Positions 48,974 to 59,775 of a stretch of 64,000 nucleotides of DNA are shown here, piece by piece. The DNA lies in NCBI GenBank assembly GCA_965116495.1, contig OZ220696.1, positions 32,001-96,000 on the forward strand. Reading direction: 5' to 3'. Every line of letters begins with the position of its first letter. Position 1 is the first letter of the stretch. Both the position numbers and the translations under genes were made by a program. The stretch is from Gammaproteobacteria bacterium. GTDB taxonomy: Bacteria > Pseudomonadota > Gammaproteobacteria > Eutrophobiales > Eutrophobiaceae. A model generated the notes under the pieces. It saw only the letters and a program-made list of their open reading frames with translations, was not told the origin of the DNA and ran no database searches.

Positions 48974-50635
48974 ATGACTGAGTCAGTGCAGCGCGAAGCC
49001 ATGGAATACGACGTGGTCGTTGTCGGCGGAGGACCGGCGGGACTGGCGACGGCCATTCATCTCAAGACCCTGGCGCAACGGCAGGGCCGGGATGTCAGCG
49101 TCTGTCTGCTGGAGAAAGGATCCGAGGTCGGCGCCCATATCCTCTCGGGGGCCGTGCTTGAACCGCGCGCCCTGGATGAACTGATCCCTGACTGGAAACA
49201 ACGGGGACCCCCGTTAAACACACCGGTCAGCCAGGACCTCGTGTACTTTCTGACGAGCGAAAAGTCCGCTATCAGGGCTCCCGGCATCGTTGTTCCCGCA
49301 AGCATGCACAACCGGGGCAATTATATTGTCAGCCTGGGGAACGTCTGCCGCTGGCTGGCGGAGCAGGCGGAGGCGCTTGAGGTTGAGATATATCCCGGCT
49401 TTGCGGCGACGGAAATCCTGTACGATGCTGCGGGTTGTGTAACAGGCGTGGCAACGGGAGACATGGGGATATCCGCTGCCGGAGCGATGAAGGACGCCTA
49501 TGAACCTGGCATGGAACTCCATGCCAGGTATACCGTGTTTGCCGAGGGCAGTCGGGGACACTTGGGCCGGCAACTGATTGACAGGTATAAGCTTGACGAG
49601 GGTTGTGACCCACAACATTACGGTCTGGGCATCAAGGAACTGTGGGAGGTGGACTCGCAGAATTTCCAGCGCGGGCTGGTGGTGCACGGTTCAGGCTGGC
49701 CGTTATCCGGTGATGCGTCCGGCGGTTTTTTCCTGTATCACCTGGAACAGAACCAGGTGGTGGTGGGATTGATCATGGACCTGAATTATTCCAATCCGCA
49801 CATAAGTCCTTTTGATGAATTTCAACGCTTTAAACACCATCCTCTGGTAGCGAAAACTCTGACCGGTGGCCGGCGCCTTGCCTATGGCGCCCGTTCTATC
49901 ACCAAGGGGGGGTTGAATTCGTTGCCGAAGATGTCCATGCCCGGTGCATTACTGGTTGGGTGTGACGCAGGAACGCTGAATTACGCGAAGATAAAAGGGA
50001 CGCATACCGCCATGAAATCAGGTATGGTCGCCGCGGAAACCCTGATGCCCGAACTCGAAACGGAAGGCGCTGCAGGAAAAGACCTGGTTGCCTATGGCGA
50101 CAATTTTCTGGCCTCCTGGGCTCATGACGATATACATCGGTCCCGGAATTTTGGTGCTGCCCTGCACAAGTTCGGACTGTACCTGGGAGCTGCATTCAAT
50201 TTAATCGATCAGTCAGTTTTTTCCGGCAGGTTGCCGTTCAGCCTGCGTGACGGACAAGCGGACCATGAATGTCTGAAGCCTGCGGTGGACTGCAGGGAGA
50301 TCGACTATCCGAAACCTGACGGTGTATTAAGTTTTGACAAGCTCTCATCGGTATTCATCTCCAATACCAACCATGAAGAGGATCAACCCTGCCATTTGAC
50401 CCTGAAAGACGACAGGGTTCCCATAGACACGAATTTGAAACTGTACGCAGCGCCGGAGCAGCGCTATTGCCCCGCTGGCGTCTACGAGATCATTGCCGAA
50501 GATAACAATCCGAAATTACAGATCAATGCGCAAAACTGCGTGCACTGCAAGACCTGTGATATCAAGGACCCGACCCAGAACATTATCTGGGTAGCCCCTG
50601 AGGGCGGGGGAGGACCGAACTATCCGAATATGTGA
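48974..50635 (+). CDS. Electron transfer flavoprotein-ubiquinone oxidoreductase
   Basis: GGGPAG, EKGSEVGAHILSGA, KIKGTH, YCPAGVYE, NCVHCKTCDIKDP, PEGGGGPNY. Confidence 0.96.
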   Translation: MTESVQREAMEYDVVVVGGGPAGLATAIHLKTLAQRQGRDVSVCLLEKGSEVGAHILSGAVLEPRALDELIPDWKQRGPPLNTPVSQDLVYFLTSEKSAIRAPGIVVPASMHNRGNYIVSLGNVCRWLAEQAEALEVEIYPGFAATEILYDAAGCVTGVATGDMGISAAGAMKDAYEPGMELHARYTVFAEGSRGHLGRQLIDRYKLDEGCDPQHYGLGIKELWEVDSQNFQRGLVVHGSGWPLSGDASGGFFLYHLEQNQVVVGLIMDLNYSNPHISPFDEFQRFKHHPLVAKTLTGGRRLAYGARSITKGGLNSLPKMSMPGALLVGCDAGTLNYAKIKGTHTAMKSGMVAAETLMPELETEGAAGKDLVAYGDNFLASWAHDDIHRSRNFGAALHKFGLYLGAAFNLIDQSVFSGRLPFSLRDGQADHECLKPAVDCREIDYPKPDGVLSFDKLSSVFISNTNHEEDQPCHLTLKDDRVPIDTNLKLYAAPEQRYCPAGVYEIIAEDNNPKLQINAQNCVHCKTCDIKDPTQNIIWVAPEGGGGPNYPNM

Positions 50636-50637
50636 TT

Positions 50638-50820
50638 CAATTGGGAATTAGGAATTAGGAATTACGAATTACGAATTACGAATTGGAGGTATGTCACTGT
50701 TTGCCTTAATCCAGCTTTCTGAAAGCCTGCGACTCATTGATAACCAGCCTCCGCAGGAGGCACGTTCATTCCTAATTCCTAATTCCTAATTCGTAATTCG
50801 TAATTCCTAATTCCTAATTG
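50638..50820 (+). repeat. Heptamer-array inverted-repeat element, copy 1
   Basis: 7 GAATTAS-type units at 50638-86, ~80-bp core, 7 STAATTC-type units at 50772-820. Confidence 0.9.
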
Positions 50821-50825
50821 TTTTT

Positions 50826-51782
50826 TCACTCCCATTCCAGTTCGGAGAAGGCCTTGGAGACGTTGCGTTTGTGGTATTGTTCGTGCAGCAGCCACCTGGT
50901 TTTTTCAGATTTGCCGACCTTATTGAGCACCTCTTCCATGAAGGTCCACTCTTCGATTTCCTTCCTGGTCTCGCTTAACAGCGAGTTCAGGTAGCGATCC
51001 TGGGCGCTTGAAGCATCGGGCCAGGGCAGGGTGATGGCGCCGTGACCGGGGATGACGTGGTTTGCCTGCTGTAATTTTAATGTCTCCATGGTCTTCAACC
51101 AGCCTCTCAGGCTGCCGTCCAGGACCGGGATTCTTTCAATGAAAAGCAGGTCGGAGAGCCACAGGGTCCCGGTATTATTATCGTAAATCGATAAATCGGT
51201 ATAAGAGTGGGACGGGGGGTGCGCATTGAGGGTGATCACACGGTTGCCCAGATCCAGTTCAAGCCGGTCGGAAACGCCAATATCAGGTCCGATAATCGAT
51301 GCGTCACCTGGGTTTTCTCCCAGGTTTGCTGCAAAGTCCGACAGGAAAAAGGAACGGTTTTGTTCCATCTCTCCGATGAGGTTTTGATGCCCGACGAATT
51401 CAGGTTCATACTCTTTGAATGCAATATTACCCAGCACATGGTCGAAGTGCACATGGGTATTTATGACATAGCAAACCGGCAGGGGGGATATGTGTTTTAT
51501 GGCACTTTTAAGCGCATGGCCGATGTTGACGGAACCGCCCGTGTCAATGACGGCGATACATTCATCCCCCGTTATAAAGCCGATGTTGGCGATGTCGTCA
51601 TGGTCAACATGTTCCAGGCCGACGTGTTTCCCCTGGTGAACGTAAATACCCTGGCTGATCTCGGTCAGGTTGAACGTCTCCGTATTGTCCGTGCCGGCGT
51701 AAGCATTGCCGATCAGCGCAAGTATCAACCATGTTCTGGAGATCGTAACCACAATTCCAGGGATGTTGATGCAGGCGATCAT
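50826..51782 (-). CDS. Exported MBL-fold metallohydrolase (SoxH-like / quinoprotein relay type)
   Basis: ANIGFI.G, IDTGG, NTHVHFDHVLGN, SDLLF..RIP.LDG, IPGHG, ELEWE; start uncertain. Confidence 0.82.
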   Translation of the reverse strand: MIACINIPGIVVTISRTWLILALIGNAYAGTDNTETFNLTEISQGIYVHQGKHVGLEHVDHDDIANIGFITGDECIAVIDTGGSVNIGHALKSAIKHISPLPVCYVINTHVHFDHVLGNIAFKEYEPEFVGHQNLIGEMEQNRSFFLSDFAANLGENPGDASIIGPDIGVSDRLELDLGNRVITLNAHPPSHSYTDLSIYDNNTGTLWLSDLLFIERIPVLDGSLRGWLKTMETLKLQQANHVIPGHGAITLPWPDASSAQDRYLNSLLSETRKEIEEWTFMEEVLNKVGKSEKTRWLLHEQYHKRNVSKAFSELEWE

Positions 51783-51934
51783 CAGGAACGAGATACGGAC
51801 TGAAAAATAAAATGATGGGAAAATGTCATGCTGCCAATAATAAGATATATTTTGCTTGTAGTCTGTGAAAATATAGACTAACTTTTAATTGTGTTCTTTC
51901 CATTCCGATTTTACCGAACCCGAAGGAGGCTTCT

Positions 51935-52162
51935 ATGTTCGAATATGAGCAGGAGATCGTCAATGCTTTGCTGAGCGAAAATGAAAATTTTAAGCGGCTT
52001 TATTCAAGACATGGCGAGTTGAAGGAGAAAGTGAAGAATGCTAATTCCGGGGCTGAACCGTTGGATGGCTACGAGTTGGATAACCTGAAAAAAGAAAAAC
52101 TGTTTGTCAAAGATAAACTGGCGGCAATGATCAGCCAGTACCGCCAAAGCCACCTGAACTGA
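51935..52162 (+). CDS. YdcH/DUF465-family small protein
   Basis: GGAGG RBS; F.RL...H..L; LKKEKL..KD. Confidence 0.85.
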   Translation: MFEYEQEIVNALLSENENFKRLYSRHGELKEKVKNANSGAEPLDGYELDNLKKEKLFVKDKLAAMISQYRQSHLN

Positions 52163-52178
52163 GGAGCCCCGGCATTTC

Positions 52179-52224
52179 CAGTTACATAAAAGACCCCGCA
52201 ACAGCGGGGTTTTTTATGTAACTG
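52179..52224. terminator. Bidirectional terminator
   Basis: CAGTTACATAAAAGACCCCGC-AACA-GCGGGGTTTTTTATGTAACTG between convergent genes. Confidence 0.85.
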
Positions 52225-52999
52225 CCAGACGTCCACCAATGAGTAACAGCATCAAGGCAAGCAGCATCCGCATGAATTTTTCCGGTATATGCAGGCCGGT
52301 ATGGCTGCCCAGGTAGATGCCCGGAAGCGATCCGATAACCAGGCTGAGCAGCAAGTGGAAATCGACTGAGCCCAGGTGCCAGTGTCCCAGGCCTGCTATC
52401 GCGGTGATGGGTACCGCATGGGCGAGGTCCGTGCCCACGATCCTGACGGTACTCAGACGGGGATAGAGAAAAAATAAAAATGCCGCACCGAGAGCGCCGG
52501 CGCCGACTGATGAGAGCGTCACCAGTATGCCGATGATAATGCCGGCAAGGATGGTCATCGGTGTGCATAATTTCCTGTGGATCATACGGATGAACTGGAA
52601 CGGCTCTGTCCTGCCGAGAGACTGTAGGCGGTTTTTAAACAAAATGACCAGTGACGTCAATATCAGGGCGATGCTGAGCGTGGAGGTAATGATGGGCTCG
52701 TAGTTGATGCCCCTGTTTGCCAGTTGTTGAAGTATAAATACCGCGGACAATGTCGCTGGGATACTGCCCATTGACAGTAACCTGACTACCCGCCAGTCAA
52801 TGGTTTTCTGCCTATGGTGGGAAAAAATACCGCCTCCTTTGGTGATGGCAGCATATAACAGGTCGGTCCCAACTGCTATCGCCGGTTTAATACTGAACAC
52901 GAGTACAAGAACCGGCGTCATCAGCGAGCCGCCGCCGACTCCGGTAAGACCGATAATGAAGCCGACTATAAAACCGGCGAAGGTAAATCCAATGTCCAT
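52214..52999 (-). CDS. TauE/SafE-family sulfite exporter
   Basis: GLTGVGGGSLMTP, AVGTDL, SSVGAG, VGTDLAHAVP. Confidence 0.9.
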   Translation of the reverse strand: MDIGFTFAGFIVGFIIGLTGVGGGSLMTPVLVLVFSIKPAIAVGTDLLYAAITKGGGIFSHHRQKTIDWRVVRLLSMGSIPATLSAVFILQQLANRGINYEPIITSTLSIALILTSLVILFKNRLQSLGRTEPFQFIRMIHRKLCTPMTILAGIIIGILVTLSSVGAGALGAAFLFFLYPRLSTVRIVGTDLAHAVPITAIAGLGHWHLGSVDFHLLLSLVIGSLPGIYLGSHTGLHIPEKFMRMLLALMLLLIGGRLAVT

Positions 53000-53106
53000 G
53001 ATATTAATTGAAAATAATCTGGTTCAATAAAAGAGTGCTACTTTAATGCCAAACATATATACTTAAAAGTAATTATTTTCTATATTTTTAGCACTAAATA
53101 TCATAA

Positions 53107-54160
<1,054 letters not shown>

Positions 54161-54162
<2 letters not shown>

Positions 54163-54288
54163 TTAGGAATTAATGTGTCGCCGGCAGCGGCAATTTATCA
54201 ATGCATCGCATCTTATCCGCAAGCCGGATCAAGGTACACAGTGATGTACACCACCAATTCGTAATTCGTAATTTCTAATTTTTAATTC
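54161..54288 (-). repeat. Heptamer-array inverted-repeat element, copy 2 (inverted relative to copy 1)
   Basis: Short arm GATTAGGAATTAA; 5-unit arm at 54254-88; core colinear with copy 1. Confidence 0.85.
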
Positions 54289-55006
54289 CAAGGTTGCCTG
54301 CGTGCAGTCCGCATTCCTTCCTGGTTTCTTCTTCCCACCACCAGCGGCCTTCGCGTTCATGCTGGTTGGGTAATACCGGGCGGGTACAGGGTTCGCAACC
54401 GATACTGGTGTAACCCCGGCCATGCAGTTCATTATAGGGTACGTCCTGCGCGCGAATATAGCTCCAGACCTGTTCGGAAGTCCAGTTTGCCAGGGGATTG
54501 AATTTATACAGTGTATGATCGGCAGTCGAGAAAGCTGTATCTGCCTCCATTGTCCGGACATTTGTCCTGGTAGGGCTCTGGTCTTTTCTCTGACCGGTGA
54601 TCCAGGCATCGAGCGTGAGCAATTTCCGTCGTAACGGCACGATTTTGCGAACGCTGCAGCACTCCTTGTGCCCATCCTTGTAGAAACTGTATAAACCTTT
54701 TCCTTTGACGAATTTTTCCAACTGCACGTTATCCGGCGACAATATTTCCAGCCTGATGTTATAACGTTCTCTGACCTGTTCCAGAAAACGGTAGGTTTCG
54801 ATATGCAGACGTCCGGTATCCAGCGAAAAAACCTGGAGATCCGGGTTTATCCGGCTGGCCATATCGATGAGTACAACATCCTCCGCGCCGCTGAAGGAAA
54901 TGGCTATATTGTCAAAATTCCGGAAGGCAAATTGCAGGATGTCGGTCGGATCTTTGTCCTGATAGTCCCTGGCATGGGTTTCAATGTCAAATTTTTCGGT
55001 TGTCAT
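54275..55006 (-). CDS. cysH: Adenylyl-sulfate reductase (CysH family, 4Fe-4S type)
   Basis: [41 protein letters not shown]. Confidence 0.93.
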   Translation of the reverse strand: MTTEKFDIETHARDYQDKDPTDILQFAFRNFDNIAISFSGAEDVVLIDMASRINPDLQVFSLDTGRLHIETYRFLEQVRERYNIRLEILSPDNVQLEKFVKGKGLYSFYKDGHKECCSVRKIVPLRRKLLTLDAWITGQRKDQSPTRTNVRTMEADTAFSTADHTLYKFNPLANWTSEQVWSYIRAQDVPYNELHGRGYTSIGCEPCTRPVLPNQHEREGRWWWEEETRKECGLHAGNLGIKN

Positions 55007-55058
55007 GATGCTGTCGTAATAATAAAGACGAGCATTCTAACAACAATATATATTCCAA

Positions 55059-55811
55059 TCAATAATAAGTAATACTAGTTATATTACGATTTGATATAAG
55101 ATAACTGCCTGGTGCCTTTTCTTCATCCCGGTTTACCCACTGTATATCCATTTGATCTGTCAGCCTTTCCCAGAGTGATGCAGGGTCGTCAGTGAATATC
55201 ATGGCAGCATCCACCCTGAACAAATGCCAGTCTCCGCGCAGGAGTTCCTTCTCCAGTTGCCCCGGATACCAGCCCGCGTAACCGGCATACAGACGCAGAC
55301 TAAACTGCCCCATCTCCTGTTGCAGCAGGTGCTGTACACCCCGCAAATCCGTGATTTGAAAGACGTTGTCAATTACCTGGTAGTCTTCGCCAAGGTCCAG
55401 CCCGGTTTGTACCAGGAGCCGCAGGCTGTTCATCCGTACCGGCCCACCCAGGTAAAGGTTGAGTGAATCCAGTCCCAGTTCCTGTAATTGCGGCAGGATT
55501 TCCACGGCAAGTTTTTCCAGGGGACGGTTCAGGACAAGTCCGAGGGTTCCGGTTTCATCATATTCCGTAATCAACAGCACCGTTTGGGCAAAATTTGGGT
55601 CTGTCATCGACTTTTTGGCGATCAGGATAACACCGCGGGCAAGTCTGACCTGTTCCTGTACTCCCTGCATTGGCTGCTTCAGGGAGTAACTGTCGACCGG
55701 CTGTATCAACTGTCTGTGATCCTGGGCCCGGCTGCCGCTATTCACACCCGGCAGAAAGATAAAGACCAGCAAAATCGTTAATGCGCACCGGACTTTCCTG
55801 CCGGGCAACAT
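55059..55811 (-). CDS. YqgE/AlgH-family protein with N-terminal signal-like segment
   Basis: DPNFAQTV, GLVLNRP, YLGGPV, GYAGW.PGQLE.EL.RGDW; start reassigned to ATG 55811 to avoid overlap with sseA. Confidence 0.85.
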   Translation of the reverse strand: MLPGRKVRCALTILLVFIFLPGVNSGSRAQDHRQLIQPVDSYSLKQPMQGVQEQVRLARGVILIAKKSMTDPNFAQTVLLITEYDETGTLGLVLNRPLEKLAVEILPQLQELGLDSLNLYLGGPVRMNSLRLLVQTGLDLGEDYQVIDNVFQITDLRGVQHLLQQEMGQFSLRLYAGYAGWYPGQLEKELLRGDWHLFRVDAAMIFTDDPASLWERLTDQMDIQWVNRDEEKAPGSYLISNRNITSITYY

Positions 55812-55888
55812 AACATCCGCAATTTTATGATACATTTCGGGCAAGCTACTATCGTAAATGTTGAATTCATTATAGGTAACAATCAAAC

Positions 55889-56731
55889 ATGTACAATACG
55901 TTAATTGAAGCAGAAACCGTACACAAGCATCTCGCCGGGTCTGGCTGGACATTCGTGGACTGCCAGTATGATCTGGCGGACAAAAACGCAGGCTACCGAT
56001 CCTACCTGGCAGGTCATATACCGGGCGCCGTTTATGCCAGCCTGCACAGGGACCTCAGCGGTCAGCCGGATACCGATTGCGGGAGACATCCCGTGCCTTC
56101 CCGTGGAGCCCTGGAAACAACATTTTCCGCTCTGGGGATAAGCAATCACAAACAGGTGGTGGCTTATGACAATTCCGGCGGAACATTCGCCGCGCGCCTG
56201 TGGTGGTTGTTGAATTATGCAGGTCATACCCGGGTGGCGGTTCTGGATGGGGGCCTGAATGCCTGGAAACAGGCGGGTTATAATCTGAAAAATAATGAGG
56301 AACATGCCGTCATGGGAAGCTTCAAGGCCGTCCTCAACGGTGCGTCCCTGGTCAGACTGAACGAGGTGGCCACCGTACCCCGGCTGATTGATTCACGTGA
56401 ACCCGACAGGTATGCCGGCAAAACGGAACCCATAGACTCCGTTGCCGGCCATATTCCCGGGGCAAAAAATCATTTCTGGAAAAACAACCTGGACGGCCAG
56501 GGAAAATTTTTGGCCCCGGCGCGCCTGGGACAGGCACTCCGGAAAGTGTATGCCGGTACCCGGGCGGAAGATGTCGTGTTTTACTGTGGTTCCGGCGTTT
56601 CGGCGTGCCATAACCTGTTGGCGGCGGTCCATGCAGGTTATCCGCTCCCTGGATTATATGCCGGCTCCTGGAGCGAATGGTGTTCAGACCCGTCCCGTCC
56701 CGTTGCAGTCGGTATTGAAGCCGGTGAATAA
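55889..56731 (+). CDS. sseA: Tandem-rhodanese sulfurtransferase
   Basis: HIPGA twice, GRHP, AARLWW, YCGSGVSAC, YAGSWSEW. Confidence 0.9.
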   Translation: MYNTLIEAETVHKHLAGSGWTFVDCQYDLADKNAGYRSYLAGHIPGAVYASLHRDLSGQPDTDCGRHPVPSRGALETTFSALGISNHKQVVAYDNSGGTFAARLWWLLNYAGHTRVAVLDGGLNAWKQAGYNLKNNEEHAVMGSFKAVLNGASLVRLNEVATVPRLIDSREPDRYAGKTEPIDSVAGHIPGAKNHFWKNNLDGQGKFLAPARLGQALRKVYAGTRAEDVVFYCGSGVSACHNLLAAVHAGYPLPGLYAGSWSEWCSDPSRPVAVGIEAGE

Positions 56732-57692
56732 CAAAGGATTATTAAGCTGTCTTCTGGATAATGAATATCATTCAGGCAGCAGGTTGTCTGCACACCTGGG
56801 CGTAAGTCGCACGGTCGTCTGGAAGGGGATCAAACAACTCCGGGAATTGGGGTTACTCATCGATGCCAGGCATGGCAAGGGCTACCGTCTGCGGGATGAG
56901 ATTGACCTGCTGGACGAAGCTGAAATCGCCGGCGAACTGGGGCAGTATGCGTGCGGTTGCCGGATTGACATCCTGTTTGGTACTGAATCAACCAACAAAT
57001 GCCTGACTGAACGCTTTGGTCAACCTGATCTGCACAACCGGATAGTCATTGCTGAGAGCCAGCATGGCGGCAAGGGCCGGCGCGGCAGGACCTGGGTATC
57101 CCCGTTCGCCCGGGGCCTGTACCTGTCATTGGGCTGGCATTTTGCCATGGCGCCGGCGTCGCTGAATGCCTTGTCCCTGGCTTCCGGCGTAGCGCTGGTG
57201 CGGGCATTGAACGCGCTGGACCTGACGGGGACTTTTCTCAAGTGGCCCAATGACCTGGTCTGGGATAATAAAAAAATGGGTGGGATCCTGCTGGAAGCAA
57301 GGAGTGAAACAGCGGCATCCTGTGACGTGGTAATCGGTATCGGCATCAATATCCGTCTGACAGACGAATTGAAAGACAACCTGGATCAGCCGGTTACCGA
57401 CCTGGCAGGTATTCACCAAAACCTGCCTTCCAGGAACAGGCTGGCGGGCAGGATTATTGCAGAGCAGTTATCGATGTTGAACCGTGTAGCCGCCGGCGGG
57501 ATGAGGGAATACGTGGCGGAATGGCGCGGCCTCGACTACCTGTCAGGCAGGCAGGTGGAATTGCTCATGCCGGGCCAGGTATTGCACGGTCGGGTCAGGG
57601 GAGTGGATGATAGCGGCCAGTTGTTGCTGGAAACCTTGGACGGGACCGAAAAATTCAGCAGCGGCGAACTGCGCGTAAGGGCGACAGGTTGA
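56724..57692 (+). CDS. birA: Biotin-protein ligase/repressor BirA
   Basis: HTH SG..L...LGVSR..VWK, STN, GKGRRGRTW, KWPND, KMGGIL; GTG start overlapping the sseA end. Confidence 0.93.
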   Translation: MNNKGLLSCLLDNEYHSGSRLSAHLGVSRTVVWKGIKQLRELGLLIDARHGKGYRLRDEIDLLDEAEIAGELGQYACGCRIDILFGTESTNKCLTERFGQPDLHNRIVIAESQHGGKGRRGRTWVSPFARGLYLSLGWHFAMAPASLNALSLASGVALVRALNALDLTGTFLKWPNDLVWDNKKMGGILLEARSETAASCDVVIGIGINIRLTDELKDNLDQPVTDLAGIHQNLPSRNRLAGRIIAEQLSMLNRVAAGGMREYVAEWRGLDYLSGRQVELLMPGQVLHGRVRGVDDSGQLLLETLDGTEKFSSGELRVRATG

Positions 57693-58480
57693 AATTACTC
57701 GTGGATATCGGTAACACCCGGGTCAAATGGGCCTGTGGGGATAATATCACCCTGTTCGACCACGGTGGTTTTACCTGCACACAGGACACGCTTCCTGAAC
57801 GGCTCGCGCATAACTGGCGCGCAATGGTACAGCCGGAACACGTATATATTGCCAGTGTGGCCGATGCGGAAACGACCGGTATGGTCCGGGAGTATGTCCG
57901 GGCTGCCTGGTCTCTGGAACCACGGCTGGCCGTGGCCGAAAAGGAACGGGCCGGGTTGAGAAACGCCTATGCCGATGTAACGGCTATGGGTGTTGACCGC
58001 TGGCTGGCGATGCTGGCAGCCTGGAACAGGTATAGAAGGCCCGTATGCGTGATTGACTGCGGCACGGCGGTTACGGTGGATGCCATCCTGGAAGACGGCC
58101 GGCATGCCGGGGGGTTTATCCTGCCCGGTATGGCGCTCACAGCTGCTGCCCTGGTGCGGGAAACCCATGGTATTCGCATGCATCACGAAGCGGATGCGCA
58201 ACTGGAGTTCGGCCGTTCTACTGAGGCTTGCATCCGCAACGGTTTTGCTTTTGCGCTGGCGGGCCTGATAGAGCGGTGTGCCGGAAAAATCAGGGAAGAA
58301 GAGGGCGCCGAACTGCTGTTCATCGTCACCGGCGGCGGGGCGGAACAGGCGCTGCCCCTCCTGCCCGGTCAATATTTCCATGAGCCTCATCTTGTCCTGG
58401 AGGGCCTGAACCTCATTTCACGCGCTGAAAAACAGCATCCGGGGACGCCGGGGATGGTCGGGGACCCGAATATCTGGTAA
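57689..58480 (+). CDS. coaX: Type III pantothenate kinase
   Basis: LVDIGNTRVKW, MGVDRW, DCGTAVTVD, GG.ILPG, TGG, LVLEGL. Confidence 0.95.
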   Translation: MKLLVDIGNTRVKWACGDNITLFDHGGFTCTQDTLPERLAHNWRAMVQPEHVYIASVADAETTGMVREYVRAAWSLEPRLAVAEKERAGLRNAYADVTAMGVDRWLAMLAAWNRYRRPVCVIDCGTAVTVDAILEDGRHAGGFILPGMALTAAALVRETHGIRMHHEADAQLEFGRSTEACIRNGFAFALAGLIERCAGKIREEEGAELLFIVTGGGAEQALPLLPGQYFHEPHLVLEGLNLISRAEKQHPGTPGMVGDPNIW

Positions 58481-58580
58481 ATTAGGAATTAGGAATTAGG
58501 AATTACGAATTACGAATTAGGAATTAACAGCCTGGATGAGGTTTTCCCATTCGTAATTCGTAATTAATAATTCGTAATTA
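58479..58580. repeat. Heptamer-array inverted-repeat element, copy 3 (short core)
   Basis: 7 GAATTAS-type units at 58479-527, 20-bp core, ~4.5 inverted units at 58548-80. Confidence 0.88.
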
Positions 58581-58582
58581 AC

Positions 58583-58807
58583 ATGAGATGGTTGGCTTTG
58601 CTGTTGCTTGTGGGCAACGTTGGATACCTGGGCTGGGAGCTTGATCGCGAGACGAAAGCCCTGGTTGCCAACAGCCGCCCGGCGATTAAAATTCCGACCG
58701 GGACAGCAACACTGAAAAAAATTGATGAATCGACCAATCTGCGGGAGTTAAAAATTGTCCCCGTGTGGTACGGGCCGCGCCGGATCCTGGTACCGGTTCA
58801 GCATTGA
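58583..58807 (+). pseudogene. Truncated membrane-anchored protein; N-terminus resembles the SPOR-domain gene that often follows coaX
   Basis: MRWLALLLLVGNVGYLGW anchor; only 74 aa; stop abuts the ubiA stop. Confidence 0.55.
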
Positions 58808-59692
58808 TTACAGGCTCAGCGCGATACCTGAAAAAATAATCAGGCCTACCCAGTTGTTGTTGAGAAATGCCTTGAAACACTTGCCCGGCGTACGGTCATA
58901 AATCAGGTATTGCTGGTATGCCAGCAGAGCCGCGGCGAGCAGCAGGGCAACGTGATAAACTGTGCCAAGCCCTGACTGGTGGCCGATGCTGTACAGGGCC
59001 GCTATAAACATGACCTGGATGATGCCGATGATGAGGCGGTCGGCGTCGTCCAGCAGGATGGCGGTGGATTTAAGCCCGACCCGCAGGTCATCCTCCCGGT
59101 CCACCATGGCATACATCGTGTCGAAGATTAATACCCACAGCATGTTCGCGGCAAAGATCAACCACGCCATGGCCGGGACGGTGTTGGTTGAGGCGGCATA
59201 CGCCATGGGGATACCCCAACTGAATGCGAAGCCGAGAAAAACCTGCGGCAGATAGGTATAGCGTTTCATGAAGGGATAGAGCAGGGTGATGCAGACGGCA
59301 AAAACTGATAGCAATACGGTCAGAAGATTGGTCGTCAGTACCAGCAGGAATGCACACAGCGTCAAAACGGCAATGACCGCACGGGCCTCTTTCACCGAAA
59401 CCTTGCCGGTAGCAAGGGGACGTTCTTTTGTGCGCTCGACAAAGGCGTCAAAATCCCTGTCCGCCAGGTCATTCACGGCAGCCCCGGCTGAGCGGGTCAG
59501 AAATACCCCCGCAATGAACACTACCAGTAAATGCAGGGATGGTATGCCCTCGTTGGCAAGCCACAATGCCCACAGGGTAGGCCATAACAGCAATAACCAG
59601 CCGATGGGTTTATCGAGCCGGATCAGTTGCGCGTAAAGAACGTACTTTGTTCTAACCGTGGGCCAGGTGAGTCCGCAGACCGAGGCAGCCAT
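58808..59692 (-). CDS. ubiA: 4-hydroxybenzoate polyprenyltransferase
   Basis: RLDKPIG.LLLLWP, NDLADRDFD..VERT..RPL, YPFMKR, DTMYAMVDREDD; ATG 59692 follows GGGGAG. Confidence 0.95.
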   Translation of the reverse strand: MAASVCGLTWPTVRTKYVLYAQLIRLDKPIGWLLLLWPTLWALWLANEGIPSLHLLVVFIAGVFLTRSAGAAVNDLADRDFDAFVERTKERPLATGKVSVKEARAVIAVLTLCAFLLVLTTNLLTVLLSVFAVCITLLYPFMKRYTYLPQVFLGFAFSWGIPMAYAASTNTVPAMAWLIFAANMLWVLIFDTMYAMVDREDDLRVGLKSTAILLDDADRLIIGIIQVMFIAALYSIGHQSGLGTVYHVALLLAAALLAYQQYLIYDRTPGKCFKAFLNNNWVGLIIFSGIALSL

Positions 59693-59775
59693 TGCGTGGT
59701 CTCCCCCCTGCGGCGCCCCGTTTTCTTTCGTTTCAGGATGGGCGGCTTCTTTGCCGTTTCCATCCATCCCGAGGT

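Noticed and set aside
56442-56723. N-terminal extension of BirA in the ORF track
   Set aside because: Overlaps sseA in another frame; the BirA HTH begins after GTG 56724.
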